Part shown: positions 24,216-32,000 of the stretch, in pieces
How the letters are laid out: each line of letters begins with the position of its first letter
Position numbering within the stretch: position 1 is the first letter of the stretch
NCBI RefSeq assembly: GCF_001017655.1
Contig: NZ_CP010904.1
Span: 720,001-752,000, forward strand
Source of the DNA: Kiritimatiella glycovorans
Lineage (GTDB): Bacteria; Verrucomicrobiota; Kiritimatiellia; Kiritimatiellales; Kiritimatiellaceae
Length of the DNA: 32,000 nt
Direction of reading: 5' to 3'
Position numbers and translations under genes: made by a program
Notes under the pieces: model-generated
Told to the model about the DNA's origin: nothing
The model's input: only the letters and a program-made list of their open reading frames with translations
Databases searched by the model: none

Positions 24216-24261
24216 CGGAACCCAAAGAAGGAATGCAGACGCGAAAGGGAGAGGCCGAACC

Positions 24262-25335
24262 ATGACCGAGAAGGCACAGAAGACATACGCGCTGGTCGTG
24301 CCGACCAGCATGGGGCTGCGACTGACCCCGGACGACGCGCAGCCGTTCCACAGCAGCGATCGGTTCCACATGCACGCGACCAGCGCGGAGAGCAATGTGG
24401 CCAGCGTGGTTTCCTATCTCGGGCTCCCGGTCAAGGTGCTGACCGCGTTCGTCAGCGGGAGCCCCGTCTCGCACTTTATACAAACCAACCTGCGCAGCCG
24501 GGGGATGGCGATCGAAGGCCCCGGGTTCGAGCAGGGCGGACCGTGGGGGCTGCGCCACCAGATCAACATGGCCGACCGCGGGTGGGGCTCGCGGGGACCG
24601 CGGGTGCACAACGACCGCGCCGGCGAGGTCGCGCGCGGATTGCGGCCGGAGGACTTCGACCTGAACCGGATTTTCGGTCAGGAGGGCGCGCGGATCGTCC
24701 ATCTCTCGGGCCTGATCGCGGCGCTCTCTCCGGAGACCGGCCGGCTGTGTCTGGAGATCGCCCGGGTGGCGCGGGAACACGGATCGCTGATCTCGTTTGA
24801 TCTGAATCACCGCGCGAGCTTCTGGAAGGGACGCGAGCGCGAACTCGCGGAGGTGTTTGCCGGAATCGCCGCGAACAGCGATATCCTGGTCGGCAACGAA
24901 GAGGACTTCCAGCTCTGTCTCGGGATCGAGGGTCCGGAGTCCGGCGGAAAGGGGCTGGAGGCGAAGATCGACGACTTCAAGGAGATGATCGGCCGCGTGC
25001 AGTCCGCGTATCCCGGCGCCTCGCGGTTCGCGACCACGCTGCGGGAAGTACACTCCGCCAACCGCCACCTGTGGGGCGCCCTGGCCGTACAGGACGGCGA
25101 GTGGGAGGTCATCCGCCCGCGTGAGATCGGAGTGCTGGACCGGATCGGCGGCGGCGACGGCTTTGTCGGCGGGCTGCTGTACGGTACACTCAAAGAGTGG
25201 GATATCCACCGCTGCGCGCAGTTCGGATGGGCCTGCGGCGCGCTGGCGGCGACGCTGCGAACCGACTACGCCCAGCCGGTCAGCGAGGAGCAGGTCTGGG
25301 GCATCTGGGAAGGCAATGCGCGGGTCAGGCGCTAG
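24262..25335 (+). CDS. kdgK: PfkB-family sugar kinase, 2-dehydro-3-deoxygluconokinase-like
   Basis: DRIGGGDGFVGGLLYG is the PfkB signature 2. The overall layout is like the long KdgK type. Substrate is inferred from context only. Confidence 0.7.
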   Translation: MTEKAQKTYALVVPTSMGLRLTPDDAQPFHSSDRFHMHATSAESNVASVVSYLGLPVKVLTAFVSGSPVSHFIQTNLRSRGMAIEGPGFEQGGPWGLRHQINMADRGWGSRGPRVHNDRAGEVARGLRPEDFDLNRIFGQEGARIVHLSGLIAALSPETGRLCLEIARVAREHGSLISFDLNHRASFWKGRERELAEVFAGIAANSDILVGNEEDFQLCLGIEGPESGGKGLEAKIDDFKEMIGRVQSAYPGASRFATTLREVHSANRHLWGALAVQDGEWEVIRPREIGVLDRIGGGDGFVGGLLYGTLKEWDIHRCAQFGWACGALAATLRTDYAQPVSEEQVWGIWEGNARVRR

Positions 25336-25362
25336 GTTTTTATCATAAACGGAGGAACGACG

Positions 25363-26811
25363 ATGAACGCGGATATCGGACTGATCGGTCTGGCGGTGAT
25401 GGGAGAGAACCTGGTGCTCAACATGGAGAGCAAAGGGTTCAGCGTGGCGGTCTACAATCGTACGACCGAGAAGGTCGACCGCTTTGTCGGCGGACGCGGC
25501 GCGGGCAAAAACATCACCGGCTGCCATTCGATCGAGGAACTGTGCGCCGCGCTGGAGCGCCCGCGCAAAGTGATGATGCTCGTCAAGGCGGGCGGGGCCG
25601 TCGACGCTCTCATCGAAAAGCTGATGCCGCACCTTGAAGAGGGCGACATCATCATCGACGGCGGCAACTCGCACTTTCCCGACACCATCCGCCGCACGGA
25701 AACCGTCGAGAGCCGCGGTCTGCTCTACATCGGTACCGGCGTCTCCGGCGGCGAGGAGGGCGCCCTGAAAGGGCCGTCCATCATGCCCGGCGGATCGCCG
25801 GCGGCGTGGGAACACGTCAGGCCGATCTTTCAGAAGATCGCCGCGCAGACCGCCGACGGCGAGCCGTGCTGCGACTGGGTCGGCGAAGGCGGCGCGGGGC
25901 ATTTCGTCAAGATGGTCCACAACGGGATCGAGTACGGCGACATGCAGATGATCTGCGAGACGTACCAGATGATGAAGGCGGGCCTCGGGATGTCGAACGA
26001 AGAGATGCACGAGGTCTTCGGCCAGTGGAACCAGGGCGAACTCGACAGCTATCTCATCGAGATCACCCGCGACATCCTCGGCTATAAGACCGAAGACGGC
26101 GAGGCCGTCATCGACTCGATCCTCGACACGGCCGGGCAGAAGGGGACCGGCAAGTGGACGGCGCAGGCGGCCCTCGACCTCGGCCAGCCGCTCACGCTGA
26201 TCGGCGAGGCCGTGTTCGCCCGCTGCCTGTCGGCGCTCAAGGACGAACGCGTGGCCGCGTCGAAGGAGCTGTCCGGACCGGACGGGAACTTCGAGGGCGA
26301 TCGCGAGGCGATGATCGAGGATCTGCGCCAGGCGCTGTACGCGTCGAAGATCGCCTCCTACGCCCAGGGCTACCAGCTGATGCGCGCTGCGGCGGCGGAG
26401 TACGGCTGGAATCTGAACTACGGCGGCATCGCGCTGATGTGGCGCGGGGGGTGCATCATCCGCTCCGTCTTCCTCGGAAAGATCAAGGAGGCCTTCGACC
26501 ACGACCCCGAGCTGGTGAACCTGCTGCTCGACCCGTTCTTCCAGTCGGCCGTGGACCAGGCCCAGGCGGGCTGGCGGCGGGTGGTGAGCCGGGCGGTCGA
26601 GCTGGGGATCCCGATGCCGGCCATCAGTTCCGCGCTCGCGTTCTACGACGGATACCGCAGTGCGCGGCTTCCGGCGAACCTGCTGCAGGCTCAGCGCGAT
26701 TACTTCGGGGCGCACACCTACGAACGGGTCGACCGGCCGCGCGGCGAGTTTTTCCACACCAACTGGACCGGCCGCGGCGGCGATACGGCGGCCTCCACCT
26801 ACAGCGTATAA
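25363..26811 (+). CDS. gnd: 6-phosphogluconate dehydrogenase, decarboxylating
   Basis: MNADIGLIGLAVMGENLVLNMESKGF...VSGGEEGAL.GPSIMPGG...HFVKMVHNGIEYGDMQ...LLQAQRDYFGAHTYER are textbook Gnd motifs. Confidence 0.9.
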   Translation: MNADIGLIGLAVMGENLVLNMESKGFSVAVYNRTTEKVDRFVGGRGAGKNITGCHSIEELCAALERPRKVMMLVKAGGAVDALIEKLMPHLEEGDIIIDGGNSHFPDTIRRTETVESRGLLYIGTGVSGGEEGALKGPSIMPGGSPAAWEHVRPIFQKIAAQTADGEPCCDWVGEGGAGHFVKMVHNGIEYGDMQMICETYQMMKAGLGMSNEEMHEVFGQWNQGELDSYLIEITRDILGYKTEDGEAVIDSILDTAGQKGTGKWTAQAALDLGQPLTLIGEAVFARCLSALKDERVAASKELSGPDGNFEGDREAMIEDLRQALYASKIASYAQGYQLMRAAAAEYGWNLNYGGIALMWRGGCIIRSVFLGKIKEAFDHDPELVNLLLDPFFQSAVDQAQAGWRRVVSRAVELGIPMPAISSALAFYDGYRSARLPANLLQAQRDYFGAHTYERVDRPRGEFFHTNWTGRGGDTAASTYSV

Positions 26812-26822
26812 GGACATCGGGT

Positions 26823-28115
26823 ATGCCGTGGTTTATTCGTAAAGATGAGTCGATCGCCCGCACGGAGATCGAGCAGTTGTGTCAGCGCACGCTCGACGAG
26901 GCGCGCGACCGTCTGGGGTGTTCGTTCAGACGGGTGCTGCTGCTGCCGCCGGATATCACCCGCGCCCACTGCGGCGCGGGCTGGATCGCTGAAACCTTCG
27001 ACCGGCTGCTGCCGGATAGCTGTGAGGTTCACATGATTCCCACCCTGGGACAGCATGTGCCGCATACGAAGGCCGACAACCGGTGGATGTTCGGGGATTT
27101 CCCGGAGGAGCGGATTCATGCCCACGACTGGCGCAACGGGGTCACCCGGATGGGGACCATCCCCGCCGCGCGCGTGGCGGAGAGCACCGACGGAAAGGCC
27201 GACTGGGAGATCCCGGTCGATCTCAACACCATGACGGTCGAGGGCGGGTGGGACCTGATCATCAACATCGGCCACGTCGTCCCGCATGAAGTGCTCGGGT
27301 TTGCGAACCACAACAAAAACTATTTCATCGGGCTCGGCGGCAAGGAAACCATTTGTGCGTCTCACCTCGCCGCGGGCGTGTACGGAATCGAGAACAACCT
27401 CGGCCGGCTCATCACGCCGCTGCGGGCCTGCTACAACTGGGCGGAAGAACAGTTTCTGGGGCATTGGCCGCACGTCTACATGATGGTGACCATGAAGCGT
27501 GACGAACAGAATCGGCTGGTGCACAGCGGCGTCTATGTCGGGGACGACGTCGACACCTACCTGGCGGCGGCCGAAACCAGCCTCGAGCAGAACATCACCG
27601 TTTTTGAACGACCGGTGAAAAAGATCGTGGCGGTCATGCAGGCCGATGAATTCCGCGCCACCTGGGTGGCGAATAAAGCCGTATACCGTACCCGCATGGC
27701 GATGGCCGACGGAGGGGAGCTGCTGATTATCGCGCCCGGGGTCGAGCGCTTCGGCGAGCAGAAGGAGGTCGACGCCCTCATTCGCACCTACGGCTACTGC
27801 GGGTCGCCTCAGGTGCTGGATCTCTACAAAAAGAAACGGGACCTCCAGGACCTGGCTCACGGCGCGGCGCACCTGATGCACGGGTCGTCCGAAGGACGGT
27901 TTACCATCCGCTACGCCCCGGGCGGCCTGAGTCGCGAAGAGGTCGAAGGCGTTCATTACGAATACGCCGACCCCCGGGAGGCCCTGGCGCGCTACAATCC
28001 GGAGACCATGCAGGAGGGCTGGAACACGATGCCGGACGGCGAAGAGGTCTTTTTCATCAGCACGCCCTCCGCGGGGTTGTGGTCCGTGAAGGAGAAAGTT
28101 GGAGGCGGCCGATGA
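26823..28115 (+). CDS. LarA-like (DUF2088) nickel-pincer-cofactor-type 2-hydroxyacid racemase/epimerase homolog
   Basis: The ATG at 26823 lies 9 nt after the gnd stop. PTLGQHVPHT and NIGHVVPHEVLGFANHNKNYFIGLGGKETICASH align by eye with the LarA His/His/Lys/His catalytic and cofactor residues. The ORF-track start at 26154 is an out-of-frame overlap with gnd. Confidence 0.7.
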   Translation: MPWFIRKDESIARTEIEQLCQRTLDEARDRLGCSFRRVLLLPPDITRAHCGAGWIAETFDRLLPDSCEVHMIPTLGQHVPHTKADNRWMFGDFPEERIHAHDWRNGVTRMGTIPAARVAESTDGKADWEIPVDLNTMTVEGGWDLIINIGHVVPHEVLGFANHNKNYFIGLGGKETICASHLAAGVYGIENNLGRLITPLRACYNWAEEQFLGHWPHVYMMVTMKRDEQNRLVHSGVYVGDDVDTYLAAAETSLEQNITVFERPVKKIVAVMQADEFRATWVANKAVYRTRMAMADGGELLIIAPGVERFGEQKEVDALIRTYGYCGSPQVLDLYKKKRDLQDLAHGAAHLMHGSSEGRFTIRYAPGGLSREEVEGVHYEYADPREALARYNPETMQEGWNTMPDGEEVFFISTPSAGLWSVKEKVGGGR

Positions 28116-29563
28116 AGGCGTTTATGGACGAAGATTTTCTCCTGCAGACCCCGAGCGCCCGGAGGCTCTACCACGACCACGCCGCGCGGATGCCGATCAT
28201 CGATTACCACTGTCATCTGCCGCCGGAGGACATCGCCGCGGACCGCGCGTACGACAACCTCGGCGAGGCCTGGCTGGCGGGCGATCACTACAAGTGGCGC
28301 GCGATGCGCTCCAACGGCATACCCGAAGACCGAATTACAGGCGGGGCGGACTGGAGGGAGAAATTCGACGCCTGGGCGGCGACGGTGCCGCATACGCTTC
28401 GGAATCCCCTCTACCACTGGACGCACCTGGAGCTGCAGCGCTATTTCGGGATCTCCGATCTGCTCAACCCCGACACGGCGGGGTCCATCTATGAACGCGC
28501 CTCGGAGATGCTGCGGACCCCCGAGTTCTCCGCGCGCAACCTGATGCGGCGGATGAACGTGAAGGCGGTCTGCACCACCGACGATCCCGTCGATTCGCTG
28601 CAGCATCACGCGCGGCTCTGCCGCGAGGGGTTCGAGATCGAAGTCCGCCCCGCCTTCCGGCCCGACCGGGCCATGAAGCTCGAAGATCCCGCCGCCTGGC
28701 GTGAATATCTCGAGACCCTGGGCTCCGCCGCGAAGGTGGAGATCCGTGATTTCGCCTCGCTGCTCGAGGCCGTGGATGAGCGCCATGCCTTTTTTCATTC
28801 CATGGGCTGCCGACTTTCGGATCACGGCGTGGAATACGTCCCGGACGCCGAGGCGTGCTCCGCGGAACTGGAGGCGATTTTCGCCAAGGCCCTGCAGGGG
28901 GAGGTGGTCTCGCGCGCCGAACGCGACGCCTTTCAGGCGGCCTTTCTGTACGCCGTCGCCCGCATGAACCATGTCCGTGGATGGGCGCAGCAGTTTCATG
29001 TCGGAGTCGCGCGGAGCAACAACTCCCGGCGGCTCCGCGAACTGGGACCCGATACCGGCTTCGATTCGATCGGCGATTTCCGTCAGGGCCCCGGCCTCGT
29101 ACGACTGCTCGACCGGCTCGACGCCTCGCACCATCTCGCGCGCACGGTGCTCTACAACATCAACCCGGCGGACCACGCCCTGATGGCGACGGTCATCGGC
29201 AGCTTCCAGGACGCCTCCCGCCCCGGCAAGATGCAGTGGGGTTCGGCCTGGTGGTTCCTCGACCACAAACAGGGTATGGAAGAGCATCTCAACACCCTCT
29301 CCGCCGACGGCCTGTTGAGCCGCTTTGTGGGCATGCTCACCGACTCGCGCAGTTTTCTGTCCTACCCGCGCCACGAGTACTTCCGGCGCATCCTCTGCAA
29401 CCTCGTGGGGAACGAGGTGGAACACGGCGAGATTCCCGCCGATTTCGATTTGCTGGGCGGGATGATCGAGGATGTCTGTTTCCATAACGCGCGGGATTAC
29501 TTCTTCGGGGGAGAAAGAGGGAAGGAAGTTGAGGGAGAGGATGGGGGAAAGATAAAGATATGA
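28112..29563 (+). CDS. uxaC: Glucuronate isomerase
   Basis: MKAFMDEDFLLQTPSARRLYHDHAARMPIIDYHCHLPPEDIA...GDHYKWRAMRSNG is near-canonical UxaC. ATGA overlap with the upstream stop. The last ~18 codons (GGERGKEVEGEDGGKIKI) look repeat-derived. Confidence 0.9.
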   Translation: MKAFMDEDFLLQTPSARRLYHDHAARMPIIDYHCHLPPEDIAADRAYDNLGEAWLAGDHYKWRAMRSNGIPEDRITGGADWREKFDAWAATVPHTLRNPLYHWTHLELQRYFGISDLLNPDTAGSIYERASEMLRTPEFSARNLMRRMNVKAVCTTDDPVDSLQHHARLCREGFEIEVRPAFRPDRAMKLEDPAAWREYLETLGSAAKVEIRDFASLLEAVDERHAFFHSMGCRLSDHGVEYVPDAEACSAELEAIFAKALQGEVVSRAERDAFQAAFLYAVARMNHVRGWAQQFHVGVARSNNSRRLRELGPDTGFDSIGDFRQGPGLVRLLDRLDASHHLARTVLYNINPADHALMATVIGSFQDASRPGKMQWGSAWWFLDHKQGMEEHLNTLSADGLLSRFVGMLTDSRSFLSYPRHEYFRRILCNLVGNEVEHGEIPADFDLLGGMIEDVCFHNARDYFFGGERGKEVEGEDGGKIKI

Positions 29564-29600
29564 ACCATGAAGAGCGGAAGGGCATGAAGAATAATCTTGA
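29540..29600 (+). repeat. GGATGGGG...CATGAAG degenerate 9-mer element (inverted relative to 14440-14485)
   Basis: GGATGGGGGAAAGATAAAGATATGAACCATGAAGAGCGGAAGGGCATGAAGAATAAT compares with the reverse complement of 14440-14485, GGATGGGGATAAACCATGAAGAACATGAAGGGCATGAAGG. Confidence 0.45.
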
Positions 29601-29632
29601 CATCATGATGCATAGCAATGATGCTCTGATGC

Positions 29633-29872
29633 ATGAGAACGACCCTTCAGATTCAGGATTCGCTGCTTGAGCGGGTGAGGCGGGAGGCCGCGAACCGGCA
29701 CTGTTCGCTTGGCACGGTGGTTAATGAAGCCCTTGCCCGGGCATACTCGGACCGCAGTCGAACTCCCGATCGTGGTAAAACGAAGCTTCCGGTGTACAAA
29801 GGACGCGGACTCCAGCCGGGTGTTGATCTGGATTCTTCGACCGCCCTTGAGGATCTGATGGAGGGGCGATGA
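29633..29872 (+). CDS. Type II antitoxin, VapB-like
   Basis: 79 aa. MRTTLQIQDSLLERVRREAANRHCSLGTVVNEAL has an RHH/DUF2191-like N-terminus. ATGA overlap with the PIN toxin gene. Confidence 0.7.
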   Translation: MRTTLQIQDSLLERVRREAANRHCSLGTVVNEALARAYSDRSRTPDRGKTKLPVYKGRGLQPGVDLDSSTALEDLMEGR

Positions 29873-30300
29873 TTCTTTTTGACGTTAACGTGCTGGTCTA
29901 TGCCTATCGGGAGGATGCGGACCGGCACAAAGAGTACCGTCGCTGGCTGAAGTCGACGCTGGATGGCCAGGAGGCGTGTGCGGTTTCGGAACTGGTGCTG
30001 AGCGGGTTCCTGAGGGTGTGCACGCATCCGAAGGTCTTTGATCCTCCCGCGCCGCTTGACGGAGCGCTGGATTTTACAGGCGAGCTGCGCAGCCACGCCA
30101 ATGTGATGGTGTTGAGCCCCGGTCACAGACACTGGGAAATCTTCCAGCGGCTATGTCGGGACAGTGGCGCAAAGGGCAATCTGATCAGCGATGCATACCA
30201 CGCGGCCCTTGCCGTCGAGTACGGATGCGAATGGATCACAACCGACCGCGATTTCGCCCGGTTCCAGGGGCTGAAATGGCGTCATCCGCTTGACGGATGA
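29869..30300 (+). CDS. vapC: Type II toxin, PIN-domain ribonuclease VapC
   Basis: MILFDVNVLVYA (first acidic residue), SELVLSGFLR, LISDAYHAALAVEYGCEWITTDRDFARF (PIN acidic residues). Confidence 0.85.
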   Translation: MILFDVNVLVYAYREDADRHKEYRRWLKSTLDGQEACAVSELVLSGFLRVCTHPKVFDPPAPLDGALDFTGELRSHANVMVLSPGHRHWEIFQRLCRDSGAKGNLISDAYHAALAVEYGCEWITTDRDFARFQGLKWRHPLDG

Positions 30301-30364
30301 CGGGTCCGGATGTAAGCCGTCCCTTTTTTGCAGCCGGCGAAGTGCGCTTTTTACCATGGCCTTA

Positions 30365-32000
30365 ATGACGCTCAAAGATGTTCACATGGCCTTCGGCGGT
30401 CCGCCGATCCTGGACGGCGTGGATATGACGATCGAGCCGGGTGAGCGGGTCTGCCTGATGGGCCGCAACGGCGCGGGTAAATCGACGCTCCTGAAGATCA
30501 TCGCGGGCGAGTTGATTCCCCACGACGGCGAGATCGTCCGCCGGCAGGATCTCGTCGTCGCCCAGCTCGAACAGGAAGTGCCGATGGACCGTACGGGTTC
30601 GGTCTTCGATATCGTCTCCGAGGAGTGGGACCACGAGCACGAGCTGAGCCATCCCGTCGAGCGCGCGATCTCGCTGCTGAAACTCGATCCGCGGGCGGAG
30701 TTCTCGACGCTCTCGGGCGGCACGCGCCGCCGCGTACTGCTGGCGCGGGCGCTGGTGAACGAGCCCGACATTCTGATCCTCGACGAGCCGACGAACCATC
30801 TCGATATCGAGGCGATCGAGTGGCTGGAGACCTTCCTTAAACGGCGCGACGGCGCACTGCTGTTCGTGACGCACGACCGCGCGTTCGTGCGCAATCTGTC
30901 GACGAGGATCATAGAGCTGGACCGCGGCGCGCTCTACAGCTGGGATCTGGATTACGACACCTACATCGAACGGCGCGCCGAGCGCCTGAGGGTGGAGCGG
31001 TCGCACTGGAAGGAGTTCGATAAGAGGCTGGCGGAGGAAGAGCAGTGGATCCGCGAGGGGATTTCCGCGCGGCGTACGCGCAACATCGGCCGCGTGCGCA
31101 ACCTCTACGCGATGCGCAGCGAGCGCGGAAAGCGCCGCAGGCAGGGCCGCGGCGCGCGCTTTTCGATCCAGGAGGCCGAGTCGACCGGCCGCAAGGTCAT
31201 CACCGCGAAGAACGCCACCTACGCGTGGGACGGCGAACCGGCCGTAAACGGCTTGAATCTCAAGATCCAGCGCGGCGACCGGATCGGGATCATCGGGCCC
31301 AACGGCTGCGGGAAGTCGACCCTCCTGCGCCTGCTGCTCGGCGACCTCGAACCGCAGTCGGGGACCGTGAAACACGGCACCAATCTCGAACCGGCCTACT
31401 TCGACCAGCACCGGCAGGAACTCGACGAGAACCGCAGCGTGAAACAGAACCTGTGCGACGACAATCAGTACGTCTTCATCGGCGGGCGCAAGATGCACGT
31501 GCTCGGATACCTGCGCAATTTCCTCTTCACGCGCGAGGATGCCGCGCGGCCGGTCTGCGGCCTGTCCGGCGGTGAACGCAACCGGCTGTTGCTCGCCAAG
31601 CTCTTTGCGCGCACCGCCAACGTACTGGTGCTCGACGAGCCGACCAACGATCTCGACAGCGACACCATGGAGGTGCTCGAAGAGCAGCTCATGGACTTCG
31701 AGGGAACGATTCTGCTCGTCAGCCACGATCGCGCGTTCCTGAATAACGTGGTCGACCGCATCCTCGCCTTCGAGGGGAACGGTCGTGTCGGCGAGTACGT
31801 CGGTGGATACGACGACTGGGTGCGCCAGAGCGGCGGGCTGAAGAAGGAAAGGCCCCCGCCGAAGACGCACAAACCCGCGCAGAGCACGCAGAAGGCGCGT
31901 CCGCGCAAACTGAATAACAAACAGCGCGAAGAGCTGGAGAAACTGCCCGCGCGGATCGAGGCGCTTGAGCGCGAACTTGACGCGCTGCAGTCCACGCTCA
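30365..32000 (+). CDS. uup: ABC-F family ATPase, Uup-like (3' end outside the window)
   Basis: It is not in the ORF track because no stop lies inside the window. I translated it manually and found no stop from 30365 to 32000. Domain 1 has GRNGAGKST / LSGGTRRRVLLARAL / ILILDEPTNHLD. The linker is WIREGISARRTRNIGRVRNL. Domain 2 has GPNGCGKST / LSGGERNRLLLAKL / VLVLDEPTNDLD. A basic coiled-coil tail follows. Confidence 0.9.
   Translation, partial: MTLKDVHMAFGGPPILDGVDMTIEPGERVCLMGRNGAGKSTLLKIIAGELIPHDGEIVRRQDLVVAQLEQEVPMDRTGSVFDIVSEEWDHEHELSHPVERAISLLKLDPRAEFSTLSGGTRRRVLLARALVNEPDILILDEPTNHLDIEAIEWLETFLKRRDGALLFVTHDRAFVRNLSTRIIELDRGALYSWDLDYDTYIERRAERLRVERSHWKEFDKRLAEEEQWIREGISARRTRNIGRVRNLYAMRSERGKRRRQGRGARFSIQEAESTGRKVITAKNATYAWDGEPAVNGLNLKIQRGDRIGIIGPNGCGKSTLLRLLLGDLEPQSGTVKHGTNLEPAYFDQHRQELDENRSVKQNLCDDNQYVFIGGRKMHVLGYLRNFLFTREDAARPVCGLSGGERNRLLLAKLFARTANVLVLDEPTNDLDSDTMEVLEEQLMDFEGTILLVSHDRAFLNNVVDRILAFEGNGRVGEYVGGYDDWVRQSGGLKKERPPPKTHKPAQSTQKARPRKLNNKQREELEKLPARIEALERELDALQSTL

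Noticed and set aside
23899-26817. 972-aa minus-strand ORF, the longest in the track. Others lie at 22230..23033, 23145..24164, 26799..27956, 27992..29485 and 30362..31870.
   Set aside because: They are antisense to kdgK/gnd, the SDR, URO-D, LarA-like, uxaC and ABC-F genes, which carry textbook motifs on the plus strand. The minus-strand translations have no recognisable domains.
26154-28115. 653-aa plus-strand ORF suggesting a much longer LarA-like protein.
   Set aside because: The first about 220 codons overlap gnd in a different frame and are Arg/Gly/Pro-rich nonsense. The family-like sequence starts at MPWFIRKDE (ATG 26823), 9 nt after the gnd stop.
29563-29676. 37-codon ORF starting ATGAACCATGAAGAG in the repeat after uxaC, and the 10-codon minus-strand ORF MKNMKGMKVG at 14478-14446.
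   Set aside because: They are short, overlap the vapB start out of frame or sit in repeat DNA, and nothing beyond an ATG supports them. They are kept only as part of the repeat description.

Overview
High-GC bacterial window; the gene content suggests a PVC-type organism (inference). It has five parts. (1) 1-14.8 kb is a plus-strand exopolysaccharide locus. It holds a GH44-like hydrolase tail, a Wza-like exporter, a Wzz/BY-kinase-like co-polymerase, a Wzy/O-antigen-ligase-like membrane protein, four GT4 and one GT2 glycosyltransferases, and four hexapeptide-repeat acyltransferases. Most of 6814-14426 is chained by ATGA stop/start overlaps. The chain breaks at purine-rich tandem repeats that I cannot assign to a known family. 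(2) 15.1-20.9 kb is a lower-GC mobile island. A four-helix-bundle (23S-IVS/Avd-like, suffix-domain type) gene is split by a 5.1 kb IS1634-bounded composite element flanked by TTAA. The element carries a nested IS4-family element, a PEP-CTERM protein gene, a GH28 remnant and REP-like hairpins. (3) 21.2-29.6 kb is a LacI-controlled hexuronate cluster (SDR UxuB-like, KdgK-like, UxaC) that also embeds Gnd, a LarA/DUF2088 nickel-pincer-type epimerase homolog and a URO-D-family protein. No UxuA or KDPG aldolase is in view, so I propose a possible glucuronate to mannonate to gluconate to pentose-phosphate shunt. (4) 29.6-30.3 kb is a VapBC toxin-antitoxin pair. (5) From 30365 an ABC-F (Uup-like) gene runs off the right edge and is missing from the supplied ORF track. 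The many long minus-strand ORFs antisense to these genes look like high-GC artefacts. All family assignments come from reading motifs by eye; no searches were run.
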